Source of the DNA: Seison nebaliae
Taxonomy: Eukaryota
Assembly (NCBI GenBank): GCA_023231475.1
Contig: JALJEE010002733.1
Coordinates: 124,001-188,000, forward strand
Reading direction: 5' to 3'
DNA: 64,000 nt
Part shown: piece after piece, positions 1 to 14,579 of the stretch
Position numbering within the stretch: position 1 is the first letter of the stretch
Layout: the number at the start of each line of letters is the position of its first letter
The notes under the pieces: model-generated
What the model was told of the DNA's origin: nothing
What the model saw: only the letters and a program-made list of their open reading frames with translations
Database searches by the model: none
Position numbers and translations under genes: made by a program

Positions 1-14
1 TGTCCAATAAAGGA

Positions 15-3000
15 ATGATGGCAACATTATTTCGCCCTTTAAAATTTGAGAATTTACAAATCGAATCGAATCACAAAGATAAGGAATGTTTCTTTTCTCT
101 CCAAAAATGTCCACAAGGCTTTACTATGTCATGGTGGATGAGAGTGGACGAACCGACAGTACCCAGAAATATCATACAATCACGTGACATTAGTGTTCGA
201 TTAGAAAATGAGAAATTGGTGTTTACTCTCATCAATCAGACAACGGTATCGACAGCTAATCGTTATCATATAACGTTAAGTCGCGGAGTTGTTAGACCGA
301 AAGTTTGGCAACTTTGGGAATTCTCTATCAGTCCCGAACATGGACTGAATGTTTATTGTGATCTTGATTTGTTTGCAAGGAATGATAAACCGAAAAGAAT
401 TCAACGAAAGATGGCACAAGGACAACCGTTTATGTTCAATTACAATCCGAAAGGTTTCCATCTCTCATCAGGCACATTATTACCACCTGGATTACGTGAT
501 GGTGAATCTGATGATGATTATGAACTTCATGCCTATTCCGAAGATTACAGTAGTGAAATTGACGAGAATTTTAGTGAGAAAGATGTTGGCAATATGTATT
601 TGGGCGACATCATCTTCTCATATGCTGATAAGACACGTTTGTCTGCTTTTGGGGCTGCACCTTATCCTTGTCGATCTTATTTATGGTCTGATCTAATAGC
701 GTTAAAAGCACCAGATTATGCGACTACATCAGATTGGTCAGCCAAGTGGCCAACGCAGTACCGAAATGGTGGGAAGACGAATCGAGCTTTCCATATTAAT
801 AAGAAAACCGGACCGGTAATGATTGACAGTTCATATGATGTTCACATCACCAGATTGACCGATTCACCTCGAGGATTCTATTTGTCATTTTGGTTAATGT
901 TAGATAATATCGATAGGAGAACAGTAGTTCTTCAATCTCCAAATATCTTAATTTCTCATGGTGGATCCAACGATGCCGCTCTAGAAGTACAAGTACAAGA
1001 TGCTGATAATCTTTATCATGGAAAAATATTCAATGTGGATTTAGGTAAATGGTATTTCATTGAAATTGAATGGCGACCATCCGATATTAATGGAGGATTA
1101 AGATGTTATAAAAATAAAGGTTTGATGGTCGAACATAAACGTGCAATTCAAGTGAAGACAAGTTTAGATTCGAAATATTTCATTATCGGAGATGATTTCA
1201 ATCTTCAATCGGTCTTTCCTCCTTTTCAATCTGGCTCACAGAAATTGTATGCGGATGATGCATCAAATCCTGAAATATTCGTCGACGATTTAAATATTTA
1301 TTTAACTGATCGAGACACTCTAATAAAATATGGGGAAATTCAGGGTAGCGAAGTAGCTAGTATTACAGTTAAGCGAGAAGCTGATGATCCTTATCTAAAA
1401 GTTGATCCAACTAAAAAAGAAACTAATATGGAAAACTTTATTACCGTTCCTATTGGTGATTTATTGCAACAAGGATTGACGGGAGTTTATGGCTTTACAT
1501 TACAATTCGGTTTACGTTTCCATCGTGATGCTTTTATTGGAAATAAATTACGACCAAAATCGGTTATTATGCATGGTGATGGTTTAATTGTCCATACAGA
1601 TGAAGATGGATCAGCTATTGTTGTTGATTATAAATCGAGAAAGAAGAAAAATCAATGGATCACAAGTACTGATCGATCACGATTTAATATTCAACCGGAT
1701 ACATGGTATTCGTTCGATATCACTTGGGATCCAAGAAGAGTAAAAAATGCCTTGCAAATATTGATAAATAATGAGCATTTAGTTTCAAGAGAATCTATAA
1801 AGAAAGTTGCGGAAGTGCCGGAGAATATTCCAAATTCAGAATTTCTTTATCTTGGCCGATCACCTGATTTCCAACGACAAGACTTGTCTCATTCAATTCC
1901 ATTCGATGCTTATATGTTGACACTTATTCAAAGTTGTCGTCAAAATCTTATGGATTTCGGTATGTTAACACCGAATCTTCACGTACCAGCTGATGCTAAA
2001 TCGGTGAAAAATAAACCAGATCGTCTTATTCAGTTTGATGGGAAACAATATATTTGTTATGAATATCCTTCACCTTACGTACCACCAACATCAGTAGCGA
2101 ATGCTCATGAACGTATCGAATTAGATTTCCGAACATCATCACCCGATTCCTTACTTCTTTACGCATCAGATGGTTCACGCCATACCAGAATTTACACAGA
2201 AGATGGTTATTTGTTTGCTGTCTTTAAACCACCACATAGTACTAAACCGATAACGCTTCATTTATCACGACCACTTAATGATAATCGATGGCATTCATTG
2301 GTAATTGATCGAACTGGAAATGTTGTTCGAATGTACGTTGACAATGAACAAGACACAGCTGCGGTAACTCATCAATTCCCATCAGATATGTCTCTATTAA
2401 ATGGCGCCATCGTTTACGTTGGACAAGTACCACAATTAGGGAAACACAAATATATTACACCATTCCCAAATATCGATGGCTTCCGTGGTCAATTGAAACA
2501 TGTAAATCTCGTCATCGATCAATATAAAGAAAATATTGTGGATGATGTATATGATGGTAATCTTGCAGTTCATCGAGTTCCAGATCCAGAACCAGTAATT
2601 CAGAAACCAAGACCAAATCCTGAACCATATTATCCTCCCGTACCTTATCCTCCAACAGATCGAGAATATTATGATAGTGACTTGCCAATGTCGTTTCCTC
2701 AAAGAAATATGTATGTCTATGTCGATTTAGATGCACGTCATTCGACACCTGAGAATATTTGTATAAAATTTATTACAAAGAATCCTTCTTCTCCAATTTT
2801 TGGATTATTTAAAGAAGGACAAATTGATGCACCCAATCATAATTTATTTGCTTTCCTTCGAAATGGTCAACCAAATCTTTTGATTACTCATTCAGGAATG
2901 AAACAACGATTGAAATTGAATGATCGAGCGGACGATAATCGGAAACATGAAATATGTGTTGAATTAAATCAATTTTCTGTCTCGTTAATTTTAGATGGGA

Positions 3001-6000
3001 ATCAACGTACTTCTGGATCGTTATCAGGTCATGGTGGTTATAATCGTGTATATTTGGGATTCAAACATCCTGTATTAGCTACCGATCACGAATTATCAAC
3101 CGTTAGTGATCGATTTACTGGATGTTTATATGATTTCCGAATAAATCAAGAACAAGTTGTTCAAGTGAAAGATGTTAAATCTGGAATGAGGCAATGTAAA
3201 ATGACTTATTCTCCACAACCACAGATTACGGTTGCAGTTAAACCGCCTCCTATTCAACCGCCACCTGGTCAGTTCCGACCTTCAACTTGGAAGACAGACG
3301 AATGGTTCAAAATTAAGCAAAATTGGAGACCTGAAACATCTCCGAAAATTGATTTCGCTTCAGTAGAATTTGCTTTTAAGACTTTCGCTCCAAAATCAGC
3401 AATTTTATCAGTGATTGATCCGGAAACTCAATCTGTTCCATTGGCTTTCTATATCGACAGTGGTACTTTACACGCTCTTAATATTCATCGAGGAAACAAA
3501 GAAATCATTCGACTCTTACATAATGTGAATGATGGGCAGATAATATATGTCCGTACTGAATATGATGGACAACGAAATTGTTTCGTTATTAATAGCGAAA
3601 AATCAGGAGAAACAGTTAGAACTCATATCATGCCCAATCATATTCATACTCGACAATTCCTTAACTTAAAAATTTTCATGGGAGGTTTCGACGACTTTAC
3701 AGCAAGACATGTATCGTCACCTTTATTTGATGGTTGTCTATCAAATATTTACTGGACATCTAGACCTCTTCTATCATGTTCCCAATTGGAATCGTATTAT
3801 TGTGTGTATAATGGAGCTAAGAGTTGTCAACCAGAAAGACAAGCACCACCTCCTACTTTACCACCATCACCAACACCGCCACCAGAAGAATTTAATCCAT
3901 CACGGCCGATTTATTTCGATTCTTCAGTCAAACCGTTAGATATTCGACCGGCAACTGGCGATTTTAGGAAGATTTGCGTAGACTTCCATGTGAAATCAGC
4001 AAAAGATATGACTCATCAAATACTCTTATCAGCATTCGATGCAGAAGGTAAAGCAAGATTAGTTGTTAAACTGGACAATCAATTATTACGAGTAAGTGTA
4101 CAAGGAACGGAACAAAAACGATTACCAGATGAAAGTCCAAGATCTTGGTATGCATCAGATACAATTGATGTCAGTTATCCAGTTGCACATCGACTTTGTG
4201 TACAAAAATATCAGGCAAGTAATTCCGATGCTCATCGTTTATCCATCATTGTTGATGACGTGACGAGACAACTAAATCTACAACCGAGTGGAATTAGAGA
4301 ACCGATATGGCCTATTGATAGTATCGTACTTGGTGGTTTCTTAACACCTCAACAAGAACAAGTTGTCCAACAAATTACTCGAACCTTCAGTACTGATGGT
4401 GATAGTCGAGCTGATTTATTTGAAGGATGTATGTGGAATGTAGTCGCGGAGACATCACGTGGACGACGACTCCTACTTCATAATGGACCAATAAGTGTTC
4501 AACGATTTAATCAATGTCCCACTTCATTAGGTCATGTATGTGAACCGGGTGCAGCAGAAGCTGGTGCTTATTGTCGATCCGGTAACTTGGAAGGTGGACG
4601 TTGTTTCGAATCATGGCAAGATGATAATAGCGTGGAGAAATGGTGTGATTGTAGTATTGATTATTGGGTGCCGACGAAAGATAAATCGAAGAAATGCAAC
4701 GAATATGCAAATAAAATTATCACTGATACTAATCGTCGAAATCCCACTCAAATTTACGTGAACGATCGACCGAGAGATATTGATGTGTTGACATTCTGGT
4801 TTGAATCAGAAGATCGTGAAGCTGATTTGTTAACGTTGAAAGGTTCGGATGGAGAGAAATTAAATCTGAAATTAATTGGTGGTCGATTGAATATGGAAAG
4901 TTCAGCATCGAATAATGGTCATGGATCATCTAATGCCAATACTATGCTCGGTTATGGTTTAGATGATGGACGACGACATACCGTTGTTATTGTACGACGA
5001 GGACCAATATTCCGAATATCAATCGATGATCGAAAGTTTTCCGCAGATAAAGAATTTGAAGACGTTTCTCGTCGACCTGTTCCATTGAAACAATTTAAAC
5101 CGATGAACTTTAAAGAAATAACAATTCCTGCTGATGCGCATTCAGGAATACTTCAAAATGTACAATTAAATGGAAAATTGATCAATGTCAAATCAACGGG
5201 CAGTTGTAATGTGTTGAATGAAGAGAATGATGAATTTTGTCATACTTTTGTATCCGACGGATATTCTTATGGTCGTTATGCATTACCAAACCATTGGGGA
5301 AAACATCGACCAACAGCTATCTTCCAAGATGATATTCAAACGTATGAGACATTATTAAAAGATCGACAATGTGGTCCATCATTAGCATCATTTTTATGTC
5401 CATTAAATTATCCGATTTGTAATGAAGGAAAACGAACAAGTTCAGATAGTCAAATTCTCTTACCATGTTATCGACAATGCTGGATGGCACATCGTCATTG
5501 TACCAGAAAAATGGTGAACAATCAATGGCCTTACCATCTTCAATGTCAACATTACAAACAACCGAAATGTATCGATGAGAGTGGTCGAGTTATTAGTCAG
5601 GATGTCTTCGAACCATATCCACCACCATTACCTGATCCTCCAATCGTTACTAAGAAACCGGTAACGGTTATTAAACGAATTGAAGGAAAATGTTCACCGA
5701 TGAATGAATTACCTCCATCTTGTACGAAATATTATGTCAATGCCAGATATCCGAATTGGCATGGAGATAGAGGTCACGATCAAGCATTACAACGATTCTC
5801 TCAGAAATTGGGAATGTTAAATCATGCATGTAAATGGGCAACAAATATTTTCTTTTGTCCATCTTTCTTTCCACCATGTTATCTCAGTGATCGATATGTT
5901 CTTCCACCATGTCAATCATATTGTAAAACGGTGAAAGATCGTTGCTCTTATGATTTACTTAATTATGGTATCGATTGGCCTCAAGAATTAGATTGTCGTC

Positions 6001-9000
6001 GATTTCCCGATGAACCAGGTTATTGTTTCGATGAAAAAATGATGAATCAGCCACCACCAACACCTGTCGTTGATGATGGTTGTGAACGATTAACAAGAGT
6101 TGGTATGTGTCGTGAAGGACTTTCTTATTCACGAACGAGATTTCCAAATCGTTTCGGACATCGTACACAAGAAGAAGCAGATCGTGAAGCACAAATGCTC
6201 CAATCAATCGTCAATTCACAATGTCATCGATATGCGAAATTGTTTCTTTGTCTTCATTATGCACCAACATGTACGAAACAACAAGAGACTTGGGTGAAAC
6301 CATGTCGAACATTATGTCAAGAATTCCATGAATCTTGTGCATCAGCAATGTCACGTATTGACATGCCACGTACATTTCCTTGTGATCAATATCCGATTGC
6401 TGGTGGTAATGAATCATGTATCAGTTATCTAGGTAAAAAAGTTGAACCTCAAGTTACACCAGCTCCCCCTAACACACCACCAACACGAGTCCGACCCGAT
6501 AAAGTTCCAAGTGACGCAGCAATTTGGAGATTAACTGGTTGTAAAAGTACAATAAATTTCAAACCGGTCAACGTTCCTGTTACAAGTGACCAAACTGATC
6601 TCTCTTTCATATTCCGACCAGATTCTCGTGATGGAATTATATTTTATTCAGGAAATCATAATAAGCTCATGAGATTTGATTTAGAAGTTAGAATTATTAT
6701 TTAAAACATTTTTCCTCTTTTCTTAAAAATGAGAGTCAATCTTTTAAAGAATTCATCATCACGGGTTAATTAACAAGAATTTTCCCATAGAATTATTTCG
6801 TTAGAGAACTCATCTCTCAATGAGAAGTAAAAATAACTTTTTTTTTATTATTTTTCCCAAAATAGTTGTCCATATTATGGAATCTTTCTCGGAATTCTTT
6901 TTATTGTAGTTCGTTCATTATTATAGAGAAGAATGAGGATAATGACGGGAAACTTTATTCTCCTCACGTTCTATTACACTATTAATATATTCATGTTTAA
7001 TGAATGAATAGTTAATTAGTAAATCATGTAAAATTGAGAGATTGTTTGGAATGATGTGTGATAGTTGAACCGCATAATTCAATTAGTAATTGAATCATGA
7101 TTAGTAGTGAAGACCGATTGGACAGCTGTCTAACAGAATTCTTCGAAATATTTTCGCACTTCTCATCTACTTGTTTCAATTCGATCGGACATCAAACGAA
7201 TACGATGTCAATCTGTCACAAATTAAGTGAAGTTGTCAAGGAATAGAAAATACTCTTTTTCGAATTATCAACAATAAAAAATGGAGAATTTCATTATATT
7301 TATTATTCTCTTCTTTTTTCAGAACGGTTTACCAGTGTTGACGGTTTCATCGAACAATGTCGAAAAGAAATTGCGACCCACACCTGACCAAGCACGACAA
7401 TTACAAAATGATAGGAATTGGCGTAAATATTACACGGTACGTATCGCCAATACGAAAGATCGTATTCATCTGATATACGACGATATGAATATTGGAAAGG
7501 AACCATTGAAGATTGATAATGAAGATGATCGAGTAGAAACAGTGGCAGCAGTTAATGGAATAAAATTTGGTAGTGATGAAAATAATGAAGAATTCACTAA
7601 AATGGAATTACATGATGTGATGTATACAGATGGAAATAATAATTATCGAATGGATGATTATGCCAGTAGTTCATCACCTGCTGTCAAATATTCTGGTTAT
7701 GTCGAATATAAACCGACCAGTGTCGAAGAAATGGATCGAGACAGTCCCCAACCAATTAAATTTCGATCAGATAATAGTTATGTGAAAGTTGATCCTCCAT
7801 CCGCCAGATATGGTGGAAGAAATAATGACAAATCCTTAAAATTTCAATTTAAAACTGATATGAATAATGATCGAGCCTCATCAACTCTCTTGTCTACATC
7901 GAGAACTAACGATAAAGATCGAGTATTTGCTATCGTCTTCGATGAATATGCCAGATTGGTAGCCTTACAAAAATATGAGGAAGATGGACAATCAAAAACG
8001 ACAAAGAATATTATCAATCGAAGACCATTAAATGATGGTCAATGGCATCAACTTCAGTTAGATATGGTAGAGGACGATTTACATATTCAGGTTGATAATG
8101 AGAAAGCAGAATTGAAGATGAAAGAGAATGTTCCATTATTCTCAGACGATAGTTCATTGATTATCGGTTATGATGATGAAAGTATCACTAGTTCAATGGC
8201 TACTCTACCAAAGAGAAGTTTCCTTGGTTGTGTCGATGAGATTACGGTGGGGAATAGCGATCCCATCTCGTATTGTATAATGCCGGGACATCGAACAATT
8301 AAACTGAATGACGTTCATGGAGGTTGTTATGATGTGAATGAAAGGAAGATTATCGAACCGCCACCAATGGTAACAGCACCACCACCAAAATTTCCAAATG
8401 TGATAATTAAAGGAAAAGAGATAACATTAGATCCGATAATGGAAGGTGGAGAAGTTTATTTCACTGGTGATGGCTTCATCAACTTCCAACAAGAAATTGC
8501 CAAATCTCCTAATTGGGAAAAAGTGGAATTAAATTTCCGTACCGATCAACCAAACATGCCATTATTCTATACGGGTCGACCTGGTGCTTCTATTTGTCTC
8601 TCATTAAAGAATGGTCTAGTCTATTCAACTTCTCATCAATATCCGAATTCAGATCGTGCCGAAGAATCGATAGGACGACATGCGAATGCATCTGATGATC
8701 GTTGGCACAAATTAGAAATAGAAAGAAACGAACAAAATTATCGAATTATTTTAGATGGAAAAGAGACAAATAAATTTCGTTCAACATTACCACTTATCAC
8801 CAATATTGATCAACGTGGCGATGTATCGACGAGAATAGGTGTCGCTTGTGGAACTGTAGGATACAAAGGTAAAATGAAAGATCTCTATTATGTTTGTTGT
8901 GATGATTCATCACCTAAAACAGATATTCTTCAACGATTAGACAATTCCGCTGGTGATGTTAATGCTCATGGAACAATTGTGTATATGCCACAATCACCAC

Positions 9001-12000
9001 GACCTATCGATTATAATGTTGAACATACTCAACCTATCCAATTCACAGACAAGAGTGCTTTATTGGCAGTTAATCTACCAAAACAATCGAAGGGGAATGA
9101 TTATAAATTGAGCATGATGTTTAAAACAAGAGAACGACAAGGCTTACTCTTTTATTGGGGCGCTGGCGGCTCTACCAATTTCTGGGCGATGGAACTTTAC
9201 AATGGAATTCCATATGCTATTGTGGAAATGGGTGAAGGAATTCGACGAGTAAAAGGCTCAAATTCAGCTGTCTCGGATAGTCGTTGGCACTATGTAGAAT
9301 TTGAAAGGAAAGGAAAAGATTTTTGGATTCGAGTTGATAATCGAGTTGCAAAATTTTTAGTTCCAGCCAATGTCGAAATGAGAGATCCACATCTACATAT
9401 CGGAAATTCGAAATCAGCACGAAAACTTCCTTGGCAATTGTGGACATCGAATGGATTTGCTGGTTGTCTTAAGAACGTCTGGCTTCATACGCACTACAGC
9501 GATCTGGCACGAATTGATGCTTTGAGAAAGGCACAATCAATTACAGTCGGTTGTACTGAACCTACATTGCAATGTTCGAGAACGTTGGAATGTAAACATA
9601 ATGGTGTATGTAGAGATGGATGGCCGAACTCTTATTGTGAATGTATGGAAACACAACACACTGGTGATACTTGTGAGAAGATGGCGAATATTTTATCATT
9701 GAACGGAAGTACAGGATGGAAAGAACAGTGTAAGGACATCAAACGATTATCTCATGAAGATGTCTGGCTACAATTCAAGACATTAGCCCCAAGTGGTGTT
9801 TTATTTGCATTGAAATCCGAACCCAAATCTCCAGGAATGGCAGTTGGTTTAGAGAATGGTAAGATTGCTGTTACATATGCAGAAAATAATGGAATAGAAG
9901 AGAAGAGAATAGTCTCCAAATATGGCACTTATAATGACAACAATTGGCATCGATTACATTTGTTAAGATTGGGAACGGTTTTGCAAGTGGTTGTTGATGG
10001 AAATAAAGTAATTGTTGATCATTTACATGATCATCCCACATATGTCGATTATTCCATTATTAATGTTGGTTATGCTGGAGAACTGAATAAGAATAACGGT
10101 CAATCGCCCGATTATTTGAATCGAGGTCTCATCGGTTATATTCAAAATGTTTATTTCAATGGAGAAGAATTGATGGGATCGAGAAAACGATTTAAGACAC
10201 CTGGTTGTTGGACTGACATCACGGCATATGAAGGTTTGCAAGAACCATTACTCCATAACGTCATCACATTTACTACTCAACAAAGTAACGCTCGATGGTT
10301 GGACCGAACGTCACCATATGTGGCCGATAAACATAAAACGGTGTTACATTCATTCCATTTTAGAACTGATAATCCAAATGGTGTAATCTTATATCGACCG
10401 GGTGTTGAACCTGATACGCATATGGGAATGGAATTAGTTCAAGGGAAATTTCACGTTCTCTTAAAACCACCAGGCATCTCCAATACCATCACTTTACATT
10501 CAACGGGCGAAAATTTAGCCGACGGCAAATGGCACAGTGTACATTTGGTTCATGAATTTGCTTCATCCGTCTCCGAACAACCACATTCATCTAAATTAAT
10601 ATTAACTGTTGATGGACGTCCAACATCACATCAAATACCATCGCCACATAAACCATTCAGATATTCGGAAACGGTTTATATTGGAGCCATTCCACCCAAC
10701 GTGCAAAAACCGACAGAAATGTCTGCACCAAATGGATTCCAAGGTTGTTTCGCTTCATTCATGGTTAACGGATTGCCAATCAATTTATTCTTCGATTCAT
10801 ATAAATTGAGTGCTGATGTCATCAATGGTTGTATTGATGATCGAAGTAAATTATGTGGAGCTGACAAATGTTATCATGGAGGAACATGTATCCAATATTC
10901 CGACAATTTTAAATGTGAATGTCAAATGACTTCTTATACCGGCTTTAAATGTGCCGATTATTCAACCGCTTATTATTTCGGTAAATCATTATCACCCGGT
11001 CTCATCAATTATGCCATTCAACCAACATGTCAAAATTCGAATAATGACAAAATGGCTTTCGGTGTCGTCACAAAAGATCCCGATGCTATTTTGGCAAGAG
11101 TTGAAGGAAGAATTCCGGAACATATCGAAATCAAAATGAGAAATGGAAGACCATCTGTCATGTGGAATTTCGGTCAATCAACTGGAACGTTAACATCCAA
11201 CGAAATATTAAATGATGGTGTTTATCACATTTTACGATTATGGCGAATAGACGATCATTTACGATTCCAAGTTGATGATGGACAATTCTATGAGAAGAAA
11301 ATGCGTTAGAATTTAATCATAATTCAAATTGTTTTTATTCATTCTTTACAGTGACCGATCCAAATGTATTCGATTGTGTAACAAGAATATTGGTAGGTGG
11401 TAAATATGATGAGAATCATAAGATAGTTGATGATCTCAACGGAATAGTTTCTGGTCTTTATTACAATGGACATTACGTGTTAGACAAAGCGTTAGCCGGA
11501 GATCCTAATGTCGAATTGATTGGCGATGTAGTACCTGTGGCTCCAGGTCCGAATGGCTTCGTTCTTGAAGAACCTCCAAAACCTGCAATAAATGAAACAC
11601 ATGTTAAAGTGACAGCACCACCAGTGTCGTTCGCAAGAAAAGATCCAGTTCCACCCAAAGTTATCGATTATCCGAGACGAGCGAAAGGAGCAGCTGTTCT
11701 TGGTGGAATACTCGCTGGTATTATTGGAACATTATTAGGATTAATCGCACTCGTATTAGCCGCTGCACGTTATGCAGAAAAACCTTGTTTTGGTGCAGCA
11801 GCAAAAGGATATGCTGTGGCAGGAAAACCTGTAGAAACGGTTGGTGTACAAGCAGAAACAGAATTACGTGTTGCTAGATCGGCAGATGCTGCTGGTGCTG
11901 GTGCAGGTGCGAGAGCAGATGTATCAGTCAAAGTTGATGGAGCTGCACTTGCTAAAGGAAATGCCAGATCTGATATTACAATAATTAATAATTATGCCAT

Positions 12001-13627
12001 GACCAATCAAGGTATGAAACATTTGGGAACATTGGCTCTTAATGGAGGCGAAGTTACTAGTGTTGTTCCACCACCAGGTTTTTATTACATTTCTTCAAAT
12101 ATCTTAATAAATCTCTAATTATTTTCAAGCTATAATGAGTGGAACAACTTTTGATCGTACAGCTCATTCGAGTACAGAACAACGTCAAACTGCGGTTAAT
12201 ATTCCAATAGTGACACATCCTCCAACCGTGGATCGTCGCCAAGGAACATATTATTTATCTCAAATGGATCAACGACATCAAGGACAAGGTCTCTCACAAC
12301 AAAAACAGAAGGCTGTTTATGAATATCAAGCAGCAGACGCATCTTGTGTTGCTTTAAGTGCAGACGGTCATCAAGCGGCAGTTGGTTTACATAATGGTTC
12401 TCCTCAAATATGGAATACAGTTGATGGTATGTTCATCCAAGCATTAGATGCTGTATCAATAAACCAACAACGTGATGGAAGTGTTCCACCTTCAAAGAAT
12501 TCCTTATGTTTACGTTTGGCTTGTAACGATTCGACATTGGTTGGATTAGCAAACGATGAGACATTCGGTGGTACAGTACCATCTTCCACTAATGCCTCAC
12601 CAAATAATCATTCTCTATTGGTTAATTTTCAAATATTTCTTATAATTCTTTAACACAACTTCTTTCTGAATAGATGTGGGATTTTAGACATGCTCGACAA
12701 ATTCATTTAAGTCATCAAATAAAATGTTGTACATTCTGTTTAGTATCCGACACGAATAGTGTGGTAATGGCAGGTAATCAGAAATTTGGTCGCGGTATAA
12801 GTATCGGTATATTCGATTTGAAACATTCAGCATTGACGAAAGAAATTAAAAGTGATCCAAATATTTCATTCGGTGCATCACCGTCATGGGTCCAATTAAC
12901 ACCGGATGATAGTCGAGCTATTGTCGGTTGTTATAATCCAGCCACTCAACAGACCAATTTTGTCTTATTCAATTTATTAGCGACAGGTGAAATACAATCA
13001 TGTACCTCATTATTATTAGACACAGTTGCACCATCACCTGCCGCTTGTGGTTGTACTGGATCGATTGATGCATCGGGACCAGCTGGTACTACAACTTTAG
13101 TTACAACCAATAACGAAGTATTGACGGGAACTAGAAACGGTGGCATTGTTGTATGGTCGGCAATTAATGGAGAAATATTGAATACTTACCATCAATTACA
13201 TAATGCAGCAATTCTAGCTATGGCCTTATCTTCCAATGAAGCATATTTCGTAACTGCGTCAGCTGATGCTACAGCTAAAGTTATACAAACTCAAAATAAT
13301 AAAGAAGTCTCAACACTACTAGGCCATCAAGGAGAAGTTTATTGATTATTTTTCCAATCAAATTAAATATAATTATCTGTTGTTTAGGTAACTTGTGCCA
13401 GTTTTTCAGCAAATAGTGATATGGTTATCACCGGATCTAGAGATTCAACAATTCGAATGTGGAAAACTTATGACGGTCAACCAGTATCAGCTATAACTGT
13501 TGTTGGAACACCGGTTGAGTGTCGTATGGCACCTCATAATAAAACTATCGTGGCCATTAGTGAAAAAGAAGACCGAACACGTCAATTGCTCATGTTGAGA
13601 GTTGTTGGTGATAATCCAAACCAATAA
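15..13627 (+). CDS. Giant neurexin/CASPR-like type I membrane protein: many LamG/ConA-like domains, EGF-like domains, three Frizzled cysteine-rich domains, one TM helix, cytoplasmic WD40 repeats; 5' end probably outside the window; >=4257 aa
   Basis: Exons 15-6686, 7323-11304, 11352-12077, 12130-12620, 12674-13336, 13388-13627 total 12774 nt and stay in frame. Introns are 636, 47, 52, 53 and 51 nt, all GTT..AG. Intron 1 splicing restores a LamG strand (MRFDLE|NGLPVLTV). LamG motifs include FRTSSPDSLLLY, LNDNRWHSLVI, FKTRERQGLLFY, VSDSRWHYV and GFAGCLKNV. EGF motifs are CKHNGVCRDGWPNSYCEC and CYHGGTCIQYSDNFKCEC. The FZ domains have 10-Cys patterns (5205-5570, 5691-6026, 6081-6419). TM is AAVLGGILAGIIGTLLGLIALVLAAA (~11690-11770). 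WD40 motifs are VTASADATAKV, LLGHQGE|VTC and ITGSRDSTIRMW. The frame is open upstream of position 15 and there is no signal peptide. Confidence 0.88.
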
Positions 13628-14543
13628 TTTATTCATATTTTACCTCTTCAACCAACACAACAAGAGGAAAGAATAAGAAATGTTAAAACCTTTCATTCAA
13701 TAAACCATTTAAGCAAAACAACAAAAAAACCGGTTCAAATTTTTTATCGTAAACACAAACTCAAAAAAAAAGCAAAATGAACAAGAACTAGAAAGTTTTT
13801 GGAGATTTGAAAGAAAAAAAAGATTTTCTATTTTACTTATTTGCTTACAAAATTCCTCGAACAAAAACACATCTATTTTAAGAAGTTATTCAAATTAACA
13901 CAGAATAATGATTGTTCAATGTCATCCGAATTATTTCACGATATCAATTTCTCTTATCTGATATTTTGCTTTACGCTTTTCTTCTATATTGATCTTCTAA
14001 ATCTCCTTTGGAAGAATGGATTAGTTAAGAGACGTTCAAAAAAAATCGACAACCGAATTCTCAATTTTTCTACTTAAACAATATTTTTTACAACTCAATC
14101 ACGATAAACTCATAACATCACCAATTCGTTCAAAATTTATTTATCAAATCCAGAAATCAATTCTTTTGAATTGTCTTTATCAATTCTCAACAATCTCAGT
14201 TATTGATCTGTTTCCAAACTAATGTTTTGCACAGTTTTTTTTCTTAATCTTTCTCTCTTCGATCTTCCTCTTTTCCTCGCTTCCTTTATATTCATTTTAT
14301 TTGAATTATCGTTCCGATAACCTCAATTTTTTTCCATCGAAACTTTCTATCTATCTTCATCATCAACACCTTAAAAATTTTATATTATCCATCATCCGAA
14401 TTCTTCCAAACTCCCATTCCTCATTGGATGGGAAGTTTAAAAAAATGAAAATTTTCGATGTACACAATAATACACATACACAATACACATCATACACCAA
14501 ACATTTACACCCACTATCGAACTACAATTTACAACCCCTCCCC

Positions 14544-14544
<1 letters not shown>

Positions 14545-14577
<33 letters not shown>
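14545..14577. repeat. (AC)16 microsatellite
   Basis: Perfect AC run in the convergent intergenic region. Confidence 0.97.

Positions 14578-14579
<2 letters not shown>

Noticed and set aside
15..11309. ORFs 15-6704 and 7281-11309 as two independent genes
   Set aside because: The first ORF stops in the middle of a LamG domain, and a phase-0 GTT..CAG splice completes it.
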